Below are positions 51,290 to 62,900 of a DNA stretch of 64,000 nucleotides, piece after piece. A program made the position numbers and the translations under genes. Within the stretch, counting starts at the first letter, position 1. Each line of letters opens with the position of its first letter. The notes under the pieces were generated by a model. It searched no databases, was not told where the DNA came from, and was given only the letters and a program-made list of their open reading frames with translations. This stretch comes from Moniliella sp. 'wahieum' (Eukaryota). The DNA lies in the NCBI GenBank assembly GCA_003971905.1, contig RSEE01000042.1, positions 1 to 64,000 of the forward strand. Reading direction: 5' to 3'.

Positions 51290-52532
51290 TCAAAAGTCCT
51301 CGTCGAGGGTAAAGGTGTGCGTGTCCTTGGCCACGCCGTCGCCATCGTCATTCTCATTGTGGTTCACGCCCGCAATCGTATACTCCGCCACCTTCTTCTC
51401 GAAAAAGTTCGTCTTGCCCTGGAGCGAAATGTTCTCCATAAAGTCAAACGGATTGGCCGCATGGTAGATCTTGTCGTTGCCCAGCGCCACCAGCAGCCGG
51501 TCCGCCACAAACTCAATGTACTGGCACATCAGCTTCGCGTTCATCCCAATCAACGCCACCGGCAACGCATCCGTCAGGAACGACTGCTCAATCGCCACCG
51601 CTTCCGAGATGATCAGCCGAATCGTATCCGGGTGCGCACGTTTGCGCAGATGCGCAAACAGCAAGCACGCAAAGTCGGTATGCAACCCTTCGTCCCGCGT
51701 GATGAGCTCGTTGGAAAACGTCAGGCCCGGCATCAACCCACGCTTTTTCATCCAAAAGATCGACGCAAACGAGCCCGAGAAAAAAATGCCTTCGACCGCG
51801 GCAAACGCAACCAAGCGTTCCGAGTATGACGCGCGTTTGTCCTCGATCCACCGCAGCGCCCATTCCGCTTTTTGCTTCACCACCGGAATGGTCTCAATCG
51901 CATCAAACAGGTACTCTCGTTGCGCTGGATCACGGATGTACGTGTCAATCAACAACGAGTAGGTTTCCGAATGGATGTTCTCCATCATGATCTGGAACCC
52001 ATAAAAGCACCGTGCCTCGGCCGATTGCACCTCTTGCGAAAAGTTCGCAACCAAATTCTCATTCACAATCCCATCCGACGCAGCAAAAAAGGCCAACACG
52101 TGCGAAATAAAGTGCCGCTCATTGTCGTTGAGCTTGGTGTCCCAGTCGTGCAAGTCTTTCGACAAGTCCATCTCCTCAGCCGTCCAGAAGGAGGCTTCGG
52201 CTTTCTTGTAGAACTGCCAGATCTGCGCTCGTGCGTCAGCAAGGCTAATAAACCAGGGCAAAGGGAAGAGGGGGGGTTATAGAGAAAGAGAGAAAACTGA
52301 CCTCGTTGAATTGGATGGGGAAAAGAACAAAGCGCCGCGGGTTGACCTTCAGCAACGGTTCCTCCGACTCGGGCAAGTCCACCTCGCCTACGAACCGATG
52401 TTCAATCGAGTCGAGCGGGTGCGGGCCGAGGGCCGCCTGGGCCGTGGCTCGCTTGGCCCGGTCCACCGCGTCCATGTTGAGCTTGGCAAACTCGGGGTGA
52501 GCATCGTCGTGCGGGATGGAGGACGCAGACAT
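51290..52532 (-). CDS. RNR2: Ribonucleotide reductase small (R2) subunit
   Basis: [16 protein letters not shown](intron 52223-52301)[65 protein letters not shown]-terminal FTLDEDF*. Confidence 0.98.
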
Positions 52533-52870
52533 GTGTGTGTAGGGGGGGGGGGAAGGAGGCGTCTCGAGGGGGGGGTAGGGTGGTGGGGGTGGTGGTGATG
52601 AGGAGCAAGTTGAGCGCTGAGCTGAGATGGAAAGAAAGAAGAGAAGGGGGGCTGCGAAACCATTCACTGAGGCTTAATCATCGATCGTCCAATTCCCTCG
52701 GCCGCGTGGAGCGGCCGTGGCGAGGAAAAAAAGCAACCCTAGTTAGTATGCCGAGGGACTGGGCTGCACTGCGCAGTTCTGAGCTCTGTTACCAACCCTA
52801 CCGCCGCCCGCACGACGATCGGCCCCTGGCCGCGGACGCCCGTGCACACACAGTGCCAGTGCCACACTTT

Positions 52871-53415
52871 GACGCGACGCGACGCGGCGCGACGCGTTTG
52901 GTCGCCGCCATCGCGCACTCAATTCTTCGCGCAAAATCAGCGCATGGCCGCACCTGCTCGTACTACTATGGTAGGACCTTGTACTGGGCGCGTGTGGTGG
53001 TGTAGTTGGTTCGGATCTGGTGTGGTCCCACTGTGGTACTTGAAGCTTGACCCTTCGCCGAGTTTTCTTCCCCTCCTTCCCTTCTTCCCGTTCTTCTCTT
53101 CTTCCCTCCGGCCTCCGTGCCGCTTTGGCGGTGGGTATATGTTAGGATGGGTGACCTGCTATAGGCCAGCGTGTGCGAGAATGGGTTGATTCAACCACCG
53201 TATATGGGTGTTGGTCGACTTTGCTGTTTGGACCCTTTAGGCCTACTAGTAGTTTAACAAGCTTCAAGGTAAACTTATCGCTTAAAGCTTAACGCGTAAC
53301 GCGTAACGCATAACGTCTTGTTCCGGTACGTTGAACGCGTCGGTGTCAAACTCAAAGAAGAGAGGTGGGAAGTAAAGCCTAACTAAGGCATTTTTGCAGT
53401 GCTGGATTAACGCGT
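52871..53415. promoter_or_regulatory. Cluster of MCB-like (ACGCGT) elements upstream of RNR2
   Basis: Perfect ACGCGT at 52892, 53292, 53299, 53335 and 53410, plus tandem GACGC(G) repeats at 52871-52897; MCB/MBF control of RNR genes is established in yeasts. Confidence 0.6.
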
Positions 53416-54499
53416 AACATTTAACGTTTAACGTTTATAACCTCCCCCTGAGGACCTGAGATCTGAGACCCGGGTTGTGAGAGATCGGACGATTCCATCC
53501 CGCCCCGCCCCGCTTCGCCCCCTTGTCTGTCGAACTTGTGTTACACGACAAGTTACTTCTAGCAGCGCAATCAATATTCATGCACATGCAGTTCTTTGTT
53601 CTTTTGTACCAGAACTATAATCTCCGACTTCCCTAGTACTACTCCGGGTGCACGTCGCACTTACAGTCATTTTGTGCGCCCTCTGTTCCCAGATCCCATT
53701 TTGTTCATGCCTACTACATTGGCGCGCTTGTACGTGGCCAGGGGTGCATGAAGTTTCATGCGACAAGCTTCAAGCGACAATGCGACAAGCTTCAACATCT
53801 TTCTTCGATATGGCACCACATGCTACGTCGAACGCCGAATGTCTAACGTCGAACAGCAACCGGTGAACTCGATGAACGTTATGTACGCGTTATTTATGAA
53901 CAACAAAAATGGAAACACGATCCCAGCATCCAGCTTCCAGCATCCAACATCCAGCTTCCAGCGTGCGTGTGCATCCGTGACAAGGGAGAAAAATACATAT
54001 GGCACCTGTAGTACCCAATCCTCCGACAAGAACGAGGGGCCACGCGCAGCAGCGTCCAACGCCATCGGGCGCGAAACGTTCCTGCTCACGGCGAGGAGAG
54101 TCGGGAAGCGACCAGGGGGACAAAGAAAGTGGGGAAACAAGAGGAGGGGCGGAGCGCGGGGGGGGGAAGCAAAAGCTGTGAGGGCAGGGGGAAGGGGCGC
54201 AAGAGTGGTGCAACAGCGAGGGGGACAGGAAGAAAGGGAAAGAGAGAAGAGGAGAGGTCGTAGCAGAGGGGGAGAGGAGGGAGAGAGAGAAAAGGACGGA
54301 TCGAGTAGGGGAAGGGAATATAATGTACCCCCCACACCTTCTCGTGGCTTGGTGATCCCCATGTGCAATGATGAGTGTTGTGGTTGCCTGACCGCCGCCA
54401 GACAACTACCAACCAACAGCTGCATCCAACACCGTCTCGAGCGCACCCGCACCCATACCCATTCACCCGCATGCACCCACCACTCCACCCCCCCCCCCC

Positions 54500-57227
54500 C
54501 CCCCCACAGAGAGAACCCTCGAGCGTAGATGCAAGACCAGTCGTGCAACTGCGAGGGTCCTGGACCGGCTTGCCTCACGTCCAAAGCACCGTTACGGCGC
54601 GGTACCACAATGGCCGATGGGCGGCTCGGGTTCGGGGTTATTGTGTGCCTGGGTGATCCAGGGTCGGATGGGCACGTCGGCGGACGCGACCCATTTGGTA
54701 CGTTTGTACAGTTTCCAACCGAAAAAGATGAGCAGGTTGATAACGGGACTGGCATATGCCGACACCATATTCTGCGCTGAAAATTCGTGCTTGACAAAAA
54801 TACTAAATCCGTTCGTTAGCAGTACAAAGATGCACATGCCCAACCCGATCCAGCCAATGTACGGTTGCCCGCGCGGACACCACGGCAGTTCCGAACCTTG
54901 GATGCCTTGCGCTTTCATCCCATAGTGCAAGCACAGCGCGTTGATGCAGATCGTGCCCCCTGTACCATCGGAATCCCCCCCAAGTAATCAACCCCAACCG
55001 AACCCAGCCCAATCAAAACAAACCAAAAATAACAAAAACAAAGGAGGAAAGGCAAAACGTCAGTCATCTCGTCCCAAATCCCGATCACCACAACATCTCG
55101 ATGCAAGACTTACACCCCCACAAGGCACACGACGAAACAATGGCCGACAACCATCCAAACACTTTGGTCGAGCTATCGGACACAGTCGTGTACGCCAACG
55201 GGATCCAAATGCAAGCAAACGTGACCCCGACCCAAGGCACCCCCCACCGATGCGTCTGAGGAAAAATTTGGGTGCTTTGCCCATGCGAGCCATGGCCATC
55301 GCCGTACGCGACGCGGCCAAGATGGACGAGTTGCCAGAACTCCAAGCACTGGTAATCACCACCGCATCTGCACAAAGTAAACGTGTACAGGGTTAGTACA
55401 ACCTGGGGACTTGGTGCGACATCCACATCATTCCAAATCAAATGAAGGGGACCATCGAAGAATCTGAGCGGATGGGGAACGGGCAAGGGCACAGACAGGA
55501 CTGTGGGCAATCAAATCACGTACTAATGATACTGGGCAACACCTTGATCCCTGCGCGCTGGGCTGCAATGACAAATGGCGAGGCGGACGACCCGCCCGAC
55601 TTGCTCAACAACAACGGATCCGTGCACCGCACCACGAGCGTGACCATGAAAATCGCCAAAATGTAAAACAGTCCGATCCGAACAAAGATTCGCCGCGTGG
55701 CCTTCTTCATTGACCGACGCGGACTCACCGTCTCTGCTGCAGCAATGCTGATGGATTCCACCCCGGAAAAGGAGAACACACCACCGGTCAGAACACTCCA
55801 AAATCCGTACCAACGACCTGCCGCCCCTACGCAGGTAGTGCCCGGCAAATGCGCCGCCGTGCCGCCAGTACTCAAACCCAACTGATCCCACCGACAAACC
55901 CGACGATCACCAAATGAAAATGAGCAAGCAAAGAAGAGGAGGGGGGAGATGAGAGAGGGTCAATTATTATGCTCGCTCGCTTGTTGCGTCGAGGAAGAAA
56001 TGCGCGGAAGAAGCGGAAACAAGGATAAGGAGAGAAGGAGAGTAAGGAACGTACTGCGATGTCCTTTAGGTCCGGCACCAAGGTCAATGCATAGAGAAAG
56101 GATGATGACACCGACAATCAACAGGATCTTGATGATTGCCATCCAAACTCCACTTCGGCATAAATGCGGACCTGTTTCCCATGATCGCCATTAGCACCAA
56201 ACCCAAATCCAAACCCAATGTCAATCCCAATCCCAATTCCAATCCCAGGGTCAGCCCATCTGCATCGTAAGAGAAGGAAAGGGGAGGTGATCCCAACAAC
56301 GTACAAGGAACATGTTGGACGCAATGATGGCCACACCAAAGATGGTAACGAAAATGGCAGGAGACAGATCGGTCCACCAGGATACCAATACGCACGCTGC
56401 GACCAATTCGTTGGGAACCGAGATGGCATGCGAGTAAATCACGTTCCATCCGGCCGACATGGCCAGCGCATCGTCCGACACCATTGGGCGTGACGCACCC
56501 ACGCACCCGTAACAGGCATCAAGGTGGATACCCAGCCAACGGACCACATGACACAAAATACCAAGGCGATACCAGTAGGTACCCCAGTAGCAACAACACC
56601 GGACCCGCATGCACCAAACTCTTGCCAATTCCAAGAAACAGACCGGTACCAATCGCACTGTTGGATCATCCAAAGGGAAGAAGCAAAAAAAAATGAAAAG
56701 AGAGTGAGTGAGCCGGACAGAATGTGGGAGAACAGGTTAGGCAAGGTGGAAAAATAACGTACCAGCAAGTGCAATCATTTGGATGCTACCACAAGCAACG
56801 GGAAAAAGAGTACCACACACACACGCCCCACTCGTCAGTACCACAACTACCGGCCCCGAAAAAAAGGCAAAGGGCAAAGGAGAAGAAAAAAGGGGAACGT
56901 ACTGCCGTTGCTCCATGCCGACGCGGACGCCCTCATCAGGAAAGTACCGAGCCTGATCCGCAGGGCTAATGTCGGTCAGGTCACCCACGTCTTGCACTCG
57001 CCTGCCAGGATATCTTCGGCCGTCGGCGAATAATCCGCGACGGCGGTCACGGGTTTGAACTGCTGCTCGACATCGTACTTGTCGCCGAGACTCGCCTCCT
57101 TCTCGCTGGCGCCGGGGGTGGGGTGGAGGCCGTCGGCGCCGTAGCTGCCGCTGGTCTGCGGCAGCTCGGGCACGGGCGGGGGGTAGGAAGGCGTGCTGGA
57201 CGGGCGGCGTCCCGAGAGGCCAAACAT
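54500..57227 (-). CDS. Amino-acid permease, APC/YAT family (Put4/Dip5-like)
   Basis: RGMEQR(H)..IQMIALAG..IGTGLFLG, AMSAGWN, YAEVEF..IIKIL, FSFSGVESISIAAAET..PRR, RIGLFY, ASPFVIAAQRAGIKVLPSII, TSAWSSGNS..SR, GKAPKFF, KAQG..LPW..GQPY; about 6 introns. 3' end approximate. Confidence 0.92.
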
Positions 57228-59722
57228 GGTGGTGTGGCAAGGGAGGGGAGATCGGAGAGGCGGGGGTCGAAGCAAGTGCACCGGCAGAGGGCGGCAACTA
57301 GTGGGATATATCTGGGCAAAGCAAGCGTACGTCGGTATGTATGTGTACGTTCCTAGCGCCGTGCGATGGATTGCTGGGTGCCGGTGCTGGGTGGTATGCT
57401 CCGAGGGACGCTGGATCGAGTGCTGGCTGTTAGCTGTGCTGGCTCGGGCGAGTGCAGCGGCTATGCGCTATGGCGAATTGATAGTGATCCTCTGAATCAG
57501 CGCCGTCTTGGCATCTACACTGCCCGTATGCCCCCGCTTGAAGATCAGGAAGAGGGGCAGTGTGCATGCGGGGGTGCCTAGGCCGCAGCCTGCACCCACG
57601 TTCTTATCAGTGGAGGGCCAGGCACAGGGCAGTGGTGTGCTGCGGGGTCGCGGGCAGCGGGGGGGGAGCGCGGGGGGCAGCAGCAGGCGGCTCTCAGCTG
57701 CTCTCGGCAGCCAAATGGCCGAGGCCGCTGCGATGCCGCCGCGCCCCGCTCCGCAGCAGTGTGCCTCTGCCCCGCACGATGGGGGGTGGATGATCCCCGA
57801 CATTTGATTATCGATAGGCCAAAATAAGATAACCCCGCAGTCCTAGTCGTTGCAAGGGGACGCGTGGCACGTGACGAGGGCAGCAGCACCAGCGCAGTGT
57901 GGAGACAGCTGAAAGGAGCACGCCACTGGTGCGAGCGCTCGCGCAGTCGAGTCGCGTCCTCCCTCCCGAGTGCTCCCCGAGCACTCCCCCCGCTGCGGTG
58001 GGTTGGGCACGGCCAATCCCACGCGTGGACAAGCGAAGAGAGTGGGCCATCGCTGCAGCAGGCAAGCAGAAGCACGGGCACGGGGCAAGTTGTGTGTTGT
58101 TGGATTAGCCCACGTGTCGTTCATCTCTTATTGCTATCGCTTCCCCCCTCCCGCTGCGGCCAGCCAGCGCTACTGGGTGTTGGTACATATGATGGGCCAG
58201 CGCACGGGTGGCGTGGTGGCGGCAGAGCGCTCATATCATAGGAAGTAGTACCTAGTACCCACACCGCATCCCACTGCACACTACTCCCCCGCATCCACAT
58301 CCCCTCTCGGCTAAGAGGATGTAGGATCTAGACCCTCCTCCCCTGGCCGTTGCCATCCATTCTTCTCGCGCCAGATGGACCAACGCGTGGCACATTCCTC
58401 CCCCAACCACTCCTCTCCAATACATGACCGCCCCCCACCCGTATACTTCTGGCCACACTCTCTTCCCTATCATATCTTCCCATTCCCGTTGGCATATCTA
58501 TCACCCCCCCCCCCTCCCATCTGCTCTTCGTGCAACGTGCACCGTGAACCTTGAGGGCTATCTTCGTGGTCACAGTCGCTTGTCTGCATCCCCACAACAC
58601 TCGTCCAGCCCATTTGGTTCCGAAGGCCTACTACCATCAATTGAAGCAATACTCAAGAACGTATCAACAACTACGTATCCTCCGTATCAACGTTCAACGT
58701 CCTATCTATCAGAGGCCACAGGCGCAAGGCCTACTAAGACTGGAAGCTGGATTGGTAATCGATAATCGAGATAATCGACGATCATCAACGTTCAACGTTC
58801 AACGTTCAACCCCCCCCCCCGGCCTACCGATGATACGGGGCTCACATATGTGTGTGAACATGTGTGGGCAGGTGTGGGCCCGTTGTTGCGCCAGGGAGTC
58901 GAACTGTGGTCCTAATCCGAGAGCCTGGCCCCGACTGCTCATTAGCTTCACTGCAAGCTTTTCAAGCTTCAAGCAAAAGGCGCTCAAGCAAAAGGACTGA
59001 GTTGGCTCAGTGAGTTACTAAGTTACTGAGTATTGAGTACAGAGTTCTCAGTCAGTTAGATAGGTTTTGCCAATTACTAGTTACTTGGATAACTGTGATG
59101 CCTATGTGATGGCGGATCATCGATGATCGATGATTCTCACACGGACAGCTGAAAGATAAGTTTATCAGCGAATGGGAAACGGGATCATCGGATGCGCATG
59201 CGCGTAAGCGTAAAGCTTGAAAAGCTTGAAGCTGGTGACGCGTGACGCGTGAAGCTAGCTCGTGGAGCATACAGAGCTCAGCTGAGGAAGAGGAAACCCA
59301 CACCCCACTGCCCCCCAAACAAACCGCCCAAACACAAAGGAACGCAGACACCCGAGAGAGGACGAGGATGAGAGCACGAGAGCACGAGAACACGAGCACG
59401 AGAAACGAGAAGACAAAAGGCTATATATAGCCTCCGTAGTGCCACACCACTGCGTCTCAGAACCTCACTAGTAGGGTGTGTCTGTAGCTGGAAGCGATCA
59501 TTAAGTTCCTAGGTTGCATGCCATTATCGATTATCAGTCTACTGGCTCGCTAACGTCATCGATCACCTGCTACATGTGTGTCACAACAAAATGATTGAAG
59601 ACTGTCTCTGTATGGGGACAGCATGCACGCCCATGAAGCTCTCGGACTAGGACTGGCGCGATGCCTGATGCCTGAGAGATGTGAGTCCCACAAAGTTAGA
59701 TCTACCAGGCACAGGGAACGTG

Positions 59723-59968
59723 TGCTAGACTGCAGCTGGGAAACGCTATGGGCAGCACGAGAGATAAGCTTCAAGGCGTGCAAGAAGGCAGGGCAGTTAG
59801 CCACAAGTCCTTCAAGCAAGCTCAAGGGAAGAAGATAAGAGTCAAGCAAGCAAGTCGGAACAGACAAAGGGGTGGCGTTGGCCACGCAAGGTTCGAATCA
59901 CCCGAACCAGCGAGCATCACCGATCCATTGGAGAGAGTGCAGGTGAACCCTAGCACTACCCTCTAGCA
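59723..59968 (-). repeat. 3' LTR (246 bp) of the copia element
   Basis: 7-bp perfect terminal inverted repeat TGCTAGA (59723-59729)...TCTAGCA (59962-59968); immediately preceded on the minus strand by polypurine tract GAGGGGGG(C) (59969-59977). Confidence 0.85.
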
Positions 59969-62900
59969 GCCCCCCTCGGTGAGCTCGCCAGGCCAAAGGT
60001 GGTGAGGCCAAAGAACATCGAGACGAAAGGGAGAAATGATTCACGGAGCGAGCGCCAACATGTATTTTTTCTGGTGAGCAGGAACTGGTTAAAACAAACG
60101 CATCGTGGATGCGGAAAAAAAACCCAGTCCCGCTGCGATTAATTTGTGTAGATGAGAAAGCCAAGACGAAGAAAAGAAACCGGTCTTGAGAGAAAGAAGG
60201 GCTCCGGAGCCCAACGTGGTTAGCTGCCACCGCCACCACGCAGACCAAGTTGCTCCGCCCTAGCGTCGACTGCGCGGCCCCGAGATCGTCTGTGGTGAAC
60301 ATGTCAGCCGGATTGTGCACCCCCGCCACTTGCGCCAAGAGGAGCACGTTGGCGGCAATGAGTTCCCTCAGAAAGTGGTGCCGCAAATCGATGTGCTTCG
60401 AGCGCTTGTGAATGGTGTGGCCCTCGGCCAGCTTGCGGGCGCCGAGAGAGTCAGTGAAGATGGTGGGCACCCCTCCTCATGTGGTAAGATTTCCCGGAGC
60501 AAACAGCCTGAGCCACACAGCTTCCTTGGCCGCATGAGCCAGGGCAACATACTCCGCTTCGGTGCTCGAGAGTGTGACCATGAGTTGCGCCGCGACGACC
60601 AAGAAACCAAATGCCAGCCACAAAGAAAACATACCCAGAGGTCGAACGCCGGTTCGCCGGGCACCCCGCCCAGTCGGCATCGCAAACCATTGAGCAACGG
60701 CGCATCAGCGTGAAAGGAGAAATGGAGGACCTTTTCCGGTGAGCGACGAAGAAAGCGTAGGACCTGAAACGCGGCATTGAAGTGATCTGGTCCCCGGTTA
60801 GCCATGAAGCGACCACACACGCCCACAGCTTGAGCAATGTCAGGGCGGGTGTAAGGGCAGCGAAGCCAAGGTGACCAATAAGCCCGCATACTGACGACGA
60901 TCCGCAACTGGCCTGGCCCGAGAAAGGTAGTAGATGCGCCGGGCGCGAGCAGGTCGAGGGGGGAGGTGAGGTTAGTTTTCCCCATAATGCGCAAGCACAC
61001 CCTCCACGTCCCCGCTGGCTGAGGAAGCAGGTACGGGCTGCTTGATCATATCCACCTTCACCCTAACAAGTAGCTGAAGGGCCGCCATCAGTCACGGGCA
61101 ATTGCTTGGCAAATTGGCGCTTGGCCTCTTGCAAGCGCGTCAAGTCGGCACAGCCCAAACAGTATCATCCACAAAGCAGGCCACCAGAACCAAAGCACTG
61201 CCCTGGCCGCGAAGATATACACACGGTTCCCCTTGCAACCGGTGGTAGCCGAGACGGAAGAACACCCATCCAGATGGTCGTGGAAAAGCTTGCCCCCCTG
61301 GCGTAGGCCGTAAACACCCTTGAGCAACTTCCAGCACTTGCCCTCCGTGTCAGGACCCCTGAAGCCAGGCGGGATGGCCATGTTAAACCTCAGTGTCAAC
61401 TGCCGCATGTAAGTATGCCGCCTCCACATCCATTTGATGGACATGCAGGCCAAAACGACACGCCAAGGAGAGCAAGACCCGGATGGTCTCACTCCTGACA
61501 ACGGGAGCAAAAACCTCGTCAAAGTTCACTCCTGAACCTGGGTCCGTCCATCGGCAACGAGACGGGCTTTGTGCTTGGTAACCTGACGAGTGTCATCCAG
61601 CTTCGCTTTAAACACCCACTGGCACCGAAGAACAGGAACATTGGCAGGCCGATCCACGAGCTCAAAAACCGCGAGTTCCCGCATCTTGTTCACCTCCTTA
61701 ACCATGGCAGCATGCCAGACGGGCCAGTCTGGTCGCTGGCATGCCTCTTGAAACGACAGGGGTTCAAGCAGCTCGCCATCGGCGCTACGCTCCTCTTGTA
61801 CGCGAAAGACCACGCCCTGTGCTGTGAGCGCTAGTGGTTCCTGCACCACGGCAACTGCATGCAGGGCCTGGGTCGCGTAGGCTCCGCCGGTGGCCACCGG
61901 ACCATGCAACAGCCCGGCAGCAAAATGGGCAAGGCCAAGAGTGACCTGCGCAAGCAGCCCCCCTGGGACAGGAGCCAGGTCCACAGCATCAAGTTCGACT
62001 GCCAGCTCCACAGCAAGAGCCGATCGAGCACGCTTCCTGGGCTCGTCAACGAGTGCTGGTGGATCAGCTTCACGCTCACGCTTGGTCACGTCGAGCATGC
62101 GCCGGAACTCCGCGCGGGCGATGTCCCTCCCGGGTGTTGTAGGGGACGGTGGGGTGGTAAGGCCCGGCGGTCCGGGTGGGTGGACGCCGCGGAGGAAAGG
62201 AGGGGAATGTCACCAGCAATACCATCTTCACCCACTGCTGTGGGATAGGGTTGAGCAAGGGGATCAAGGGATATCACGTACATAATCGTCCTGGAGGCGC
62301 GGCTGCTCCTCCAGCCGACCCGACTCTCCTCAGCAAATGCACATCGTAAACTGTCACGATACGGTCCAACACCTCGACCCAAACACGTGACCTTTGACTT
62401 GGCCCGGCAGGTCACTGTAACCCAGGTACACCCCTCGAACGGCACGTGGAGCGAGGTATTTGCCGCTGAGTTCACTAGCTTGTGTCCAGGCACGTCGATT
62501 CCCACCATGCAGCACAACCCAAGCAGTGCAACCAAACACCCGCAGAGCAGACAGAGTGGGGGGTTGGCCCGTCCACAGTTCATACGGCGTCTTCCAGGCA
62601 TGCGCTTTGCTGGCGAGGCGGTTGTGAATGTATCCGGCGTGCGTCGCAGCATAGGGCCAAAACCGCCCGGCAACTGGGCGTGGTGCATGAGACAACGGGA
62701 CAACTTCTCAATCTCTTGGTTCATTCGCTCTGCGACGGCGTTCCCTGTGGATTCTTGAGTAGGAGAAGCTGTCAAAAGGCAACCTGAACGAGCAGCCCAT
62801 GTCTTGACCTCATTAGTCCATAATTCGCCTTGGTCCACACGTAATTCTTTTGGATGTTTTTCTGTTTCGCGATGAATTAAGGTAGCCCACTGAATGAGGC

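Noticed and set aside
59868..59910. tRNA or SINE suggested by GGTTCGAATC (B-box) and an upstream TGGCGTTGG
   Set aside because: The A-B spacing is only ~10 nt, no cloverleaf can be formed, and it lies inside the LTR.
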